Shown: piece after piece, positions 63,680-64,000 of the stretch
How the letters are laid out: each line of letters opens with the position of its first letter
Position numbering within the stretch: position 1 is the first letter of the stretch
Assembly: GCA_030065015.1 (NCBI GenBank)
Contig: JASJDU010000021.1
Location: forward strand, 12,797 to 76,796
DNA: 64,000 bases
Origin: Candidatus Caenarcanales bacterium
GTDB taxonomy: Bacteria; Cyanobacteriota; Vampirovibrionia; Caenarcaniphilales; Caenarcanaceae
Direction: 5' to 3'
Notes under the pieces: generated by a model
What the model was told of the DNA's origin: nothing
Seen by the model: only the letters and a program-made list of their open reading frames with translations
Database searches by the model: none
Position numbers and translations under genes: made by a program

Positions 63680-64000
63680 TTAACTAGGCTCTGGGTGAAT
63701 TGATATAACCGAGTTGGGGATTTCTTGCTTGATTTTCTCTTCTATTAAATCCGTTATTTGATGAGCTATTTCTAAAGAAATTTTCTTATCTAATCCAATC
63801 GTCAAGTCTATAAAAGTATTTGGACCCGATTGCCTCACTTTCAAGGACGAAATCACTTTAACCTCTCCCACCTCTTTAATCAAAAGAGATAGTTTTTCTT
63901 CTAAACCAGCTGGGGCTTTATCCATTAACTGATCGAAAGATTCTTTTGCAAGTTTAATACTTAAAATAAAGGTCCAAATTACAACACCCATAGCTGCAAT
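63680..64000 (-). CDS. Cation diffusion facilitator transporter, C-terminal part (gene continues beyond the window end)
   Basis: The frame is open to position 64000. It contains the last TM helix plus a cytoplasmic CDF C-terminal domain (..V..LKVRQSGPNTFIDLTI....SLEIAH.I.D.IE..I.......ISIHPEP). Confidence 0.8.
   Translation of the reverse strand: MAAMGVVIWTFILSIKLAKESFDQLMDKAPAGLEEKLSLLIKEVGEVKVISSLKVRQSGPNTFIDLTIGLDKKISLEIAHQITDLIEEKIKQEIPNSVISIHPEPS

Overview
Dense, AT-rich (about one-third G+C by eye, not computed) chromosomal segment from a Gram-negative-type bacterium, shown by ExbB/ExbD, YceI, lipobox lipoproteins and an OMP-like barrel. I cannot assign a lineage from this window. The backbone is housekeeping: icd (3' part), ilvC, tgt, uvrA, trpF, hpt, H+-pyrophosphatase, purine nucleoside phosphorylase, miaA, rnhB, proB, ppc, sua5/tsaC, yggS, elbB, plus initiator tRNA-Met and tRNA-Ala(GGC). 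There is no rRNA, CRISPR array, integrase or intact transposase; one about 0.6 kb decayed IS remnant is present. Genes are tightly packed: three convergent pairs share overlapping stop codons (12074-12077, 22109-22112, 39748-39751), and several convergent pairs are separated by clear bidirectional hairpin terminators. Between the core genes lie lineage-specific proteins: two large secreted repeat proteins, TPR lipoproteins, a pentapeptide-repeat membrane protein, a histone-H1-like K/A-rich protein, an NB-ARC-like/TPR protein without a P-loop, and an orphan FliE-like gene. The standout is a 4.9 kb accessory islet (31033-35931) between an ABC exporter and DUF2237/uvrA. It holds a SIR2-like NADase gene with intact catalytic Asn/His motifs, translationally coupled (ATGA overlap) to a 948-aa all-helical protein with no recognisable enzymatic motif. 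Divergent from this pair is an ImmA/IrrE Zn-peptidase gene followed by a small two-TM protein. This looks like a split, DSR-like or new SIR2-based anti-phage system with a possible protease-type regulator, and it is my top candidate for an undescribed system. All functional calls come from motif recognition in the supplied translations; no database search was run.
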